Virus genome (UHGV): UHGV-0383221
From: a virus
DNA: 57,587 bases
Strand: one strand, 5' to 3'
Positions 55,408 to 57,587 of the stretch are shown here, one piece after another; within the stretch, counting starts at the first letter, position 1; every line of letters starts with the position of its first letter. A model generated the notes under the pieces. The model was not told the DNA's origin and did no database searches. It was given only the letters and a program-made list of their open reading frames with translations. The position numbers and the translations under genes were made by a program.

Positions 55408-55593
55408 TCATGCACCTATTTTATAGGTTGCTCCCAGGGCCTTAAGTACCTTATCGGCCACCTCCACGCTCATATCCCTGCCCTGCTCCCAATAGATAAG
55501 GGAGCGCTTTGACACTCCGGCTGTCTTTGCCAGCTTCGCATGGGACAGGCCCTGCTGTTCACGCTGCTCTTTCAGATACTCTCCAACCTTCAT
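55408..55593 (-). CDS. XRE-family HTH regulator (61 aa)
   Basis: QQGLSHAKLAKTAGVSKRSLIYWEQGR. Confidence 0.55.
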   Translation of the reverse strand: MKVGEYLKEQREQQGLSHAKLAKTAGVSKRSLIYWEQGRDMSVEVADKVLKALGATYKIGA

Positions 55594-55650
55594 ATGTACA
55601 CGCTCCTCTCTTGTTATAATTATTCTGTATCAAATATCACAAATATCAGT

Positions 55651-56097
55651 TTAGGCAAGTAAGCGATACCACCGAGTTTTCATTTCAGCGGGTATCTCCT
55701 GCCCCTTGTTTCGCTCTCCTGTCCAGTGTGTTCCGCCAGCTTCTCCGTCACACAAAAAGCCGCTGGCCTTCAAACTGGTTCCCGGTTCACTCTGTAAAAT
55801 ATAGGTGATGATCTTCCGGTACCCCATATCCTTTGCGATCCGGCAGCATGCCCCATATAACATGCTGCAAGCATTGTATGTACCGTCAGTACATAATCTA
55901 TTAATTTCACAGGTCAGACCATCATCCAGGTATCGGCTCACTGGCCTACCACATACGGCACAGCCTATTATCTGTTCTCCCTCATACAGCCCGACCGAAA
56001 ACTTATGGCCGACTGTAGCATTATGATGGCGGTGATACAAATTTATAAAGTCACTGGCCTGTCTGAATGTGATTGGTTTAATTTCCGTATCCCTCAC
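55651..56097 (-). CDS. hypothetical Cys-rich protein (148 aa)
   Basis: Intact ORF with several Cys/His residues. No confident family assignment. Confidence 0.35.
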   Translation of the reverse strand: MRDTEIKPITFRQASDFINLYHRHHNATVGHKFSVGLYEGEQIIGCAVCGRPVSRYLDDGLTCEINRLCTDGTYNACSMLYGACCRIAKDMGYRKIITYILQSEPGTSLKASGFLCDGEAGGTHWTGERNKGQEIPAEMKTRWYRLLA

Positions 56098-56118
56098 TCC
56101 TTCCAGTTACGGAAAATG

Positions 56119-56361
56119 CTAATCTTCATTGATTCTATAACATTTCAATTTTCTATCTGCAATGTTATATTCAAAATTCACTGCAACGCCATCACAATGC
56201 CAAACTCCGACCAAAAATGGCACACCTGCCCATGTTCCTATAGTTTCGCACTTTACAATTCCGTATGATTCAATTTCCGGGCAGTGTACAGGTTTTCCAG
56301 CCATTTCTTGTAATTCATGCTGAGTAAGCGGTTCCTTATTCATTATTCTTTTCACCTCCAA
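56119..56361 (-). CDS. hypothetical protein (80 aa)
   Basis: Intact ORF. Confidence 0.35.
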   Translation of the reverse strand: MEVKRIMNKEPLTQHELQEMAGKPVHCPEIESYGIVKCETIGTWAGVPFLVGVWHCDGVAVNFEYNIADRKLKCYRINED

Positions 56362-56744
56362 ATGCTAATTCTCGTGCTTTCTAATTAGCTGTTCACATTC
56401 CTCCGCTGTTAATTTACACTGACAACATTGGCAATATTCTCCCGTTGCATCACATCCATAATCCTCATCATACTCATTCCCATTGCGAAATGGGATAACT
56501 ATGACATAAGGGCAATTATAAAAATCCATATACTATTCCTCTCTCCAGAACTCACGGAAACTTTAAATTACATCAATGCCCACAGAACAACCATACTTAT
56601 AACCCACAGTATTGTGATCACATTTAATGCTGTCTCGTCCCTAACTGGTGTCTTTAACCCTAAAGTAAAAACCATGACAGCCAATGCTAATGCCTGTGGG
56701 GTGCTGATATATTCTTTAATCATTTTCTTCCTCCCAATTCTAAT

Positions 56745-57584
56745 TTACTGAACAAAACCATCTGCAAATAGGTCCATCTGCCCCTCTACGTTCTGATCCT
56801 CCATCCACCATAAAAATACATCATAACCGGTTTGCCATCTTGGCGGTTTATTTTTATGTTTAGCCTTTAATCCATCAAGCATTTTATCGAATGCCCTAAT
56901 ATAGGCCCTCTGATATGTTGGGAAGTCAGAAAATTCCTTCCATCTACTTTTTGATGCCATTGGACACCCTATACAGCCTACACGCTTATATCCACAATCG
57001 TAGAGATGATTATAATCAATGTGTTCCGATTGTATGAAATCCCAGATATCTCGGTGTTTCCAATCAATAATCGGATTTACCACCATTTTATTTTTCTTCA
57101 TACAATTCTCTGTCATTTTACGCTTTGTTGAGTTATCGTTCATTAACATAATTTCGTCTGTTGCTGTTGTTTTTTCTGCCTTGGTCTTTCCAATAATCTC
57201 ATAGGCTGCCCGTTCTGCTCTTGCATTGCTTTCGTCCCATCGAACCCCTGTTGCAATAAAACGATTGGCGCACCCTGTCTCTTTTAAAACTGAACAGCAA
57301 TATCTCATCAATCTGCTTGGAGGCATTCCTTTTTGTGGTATCAGGCTCCACATTGTCACTTGTTTATTTTTGTAAGTTGGCATTTCTATTTTTGCATTGA
57401 TTCCTTTTTCCTCTAATTCCCGGAACTTTTTACGTATATGGTAAACCGTTGGTGGTGCATCTACTGTGGTATGGCTATTGTGTGCCTCAAACAGGACGCC
57501 TGATCGTTTAAACAACTCCAGCATCACATCACTATCTTTCCCTCCGCTGTATGTGCATACCAATGGTTGTCCATAATGGTGCAA
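56745..57584 (-). CDS. PAPS-reductase-family (PP-loop ATP pyrophosphatase) protein, phage-type
   Basis: N-terminal CTYSGGKDSDVM is the SGGxDS PP-loop motif. 279 aa, with its 5' end at the window edge. Confidence 0.55.
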   Translation of the reverse strand: MHHYGQPLVCTYSGGKDSDVMLELFKRSGVLFEAHNSHTTVDAPPTVYHIRKKFRELEEKGINAKIEMPTYKNKQVTMWSLIPQKGMPPSRLMRYCCSVLKETGCANRFIATGVRWDESNARAERAAYEIIGKTKAEKTTATDEIMLMNDNSTKRKMTENCMKKNKMVVNPIIDWKHRDIWDFIQSEHIDYNHLYDCGYKRVGCIGCPMASKSRWKEFSDFPTYQRAYIRAFDKMLDGLKAKHKNKPPRWQTGYDVFLWWMEDQNVEGQMDLFADGFVQ

Positions 57585-57587
57585 TGA

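Overview
This 57.6 kb window is almost entirely temperate-phage DNA from a Firmicutes / Clostridia-type host. Host-type clues are the choline-type cell-wall-binding repeats in the lysin, an XhlA/holin pair, an ImmR/ImmA switch and GGAGG ribosome-binding sites. About 85% of coding is on the minus strand.

Layout:
- 1-13.2 kb: early, recombination and lysogeny module of one prophage. It carries DUF551, a replisome organiser, a RusA-like resolvase, a Cas4-like PD-(D/E)xK exonuclease, a RecT-like protein, a LexA-DBD-only protein, a cold-shock protein, a Cro-like/ImmR/ImmA switch with TTGCGAT operators, and a tyrosine integrase. Next to the integrase is a tRNA-3'-end-like fragment bracketed by 26 bp direct repeats, which are likely att or arm-type sites.
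- 13.2-16.4 kb: a Ku / ATP-dependent ligase (LigD-type) NHEJ pair and an odd Cys-rich micro-protein. This stretch is either cargo or a host islet between two prophage modules.
- 16.4-44.8 kb: a complete siphovirus-like late module on the minus strand. Order: lysin, large fibre, holin/XhlA, Gly-rich fibre, S74-chaperone fibre, Tal-like and Dit-like tail proteins, [cargo], 1338 aa tape measure, tail chaperone, major tail protein, connectors, lambda-E-type capsid, decoration protein, scaffold, SPP1-type portal, large terminase.
- 44.9-57.6 kb: KAP P-loop NTPase, tRNA-Phe plus a second atypical tRNA, a second DUF551 protein, a terS-like HTH protein, two XRE regulators, a 4x iteron/operator array driving a plus-strand operon of micro-ORFs, a second tRNA-3'-like fragment, DUF4417, a second tyrosine integrase, and a PAPS-reductase-like gene.

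Four strongly AT-rich islands (about 30% GC against about 48% for the backbone) sit at classic moron hotspots: 8914-9477, 28191-30590, 42342-43129 and 44935-46227.

The most interesting candidate is the 28.2-30.6 kb island between the tape-measure and distal-tail genes. It encodes an EEP-family (ExoIII / DNase I / sphingomyelinase fold) protein translationally coupled to a 175 aa unknown partner, preceded by two zinc-ribbon proteins (one with four transmembrane helices). This looks like an uncharacterised defence or abortive-infection-type module. The solitary KAP NTPase is a second candidate.

Exact prophage boundaries, and whether one, two or three elements are present, cannot be resolved from this window. 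The ORF-track start coordinates are kept unless noted. No CRISPR array and no rRNA were found.
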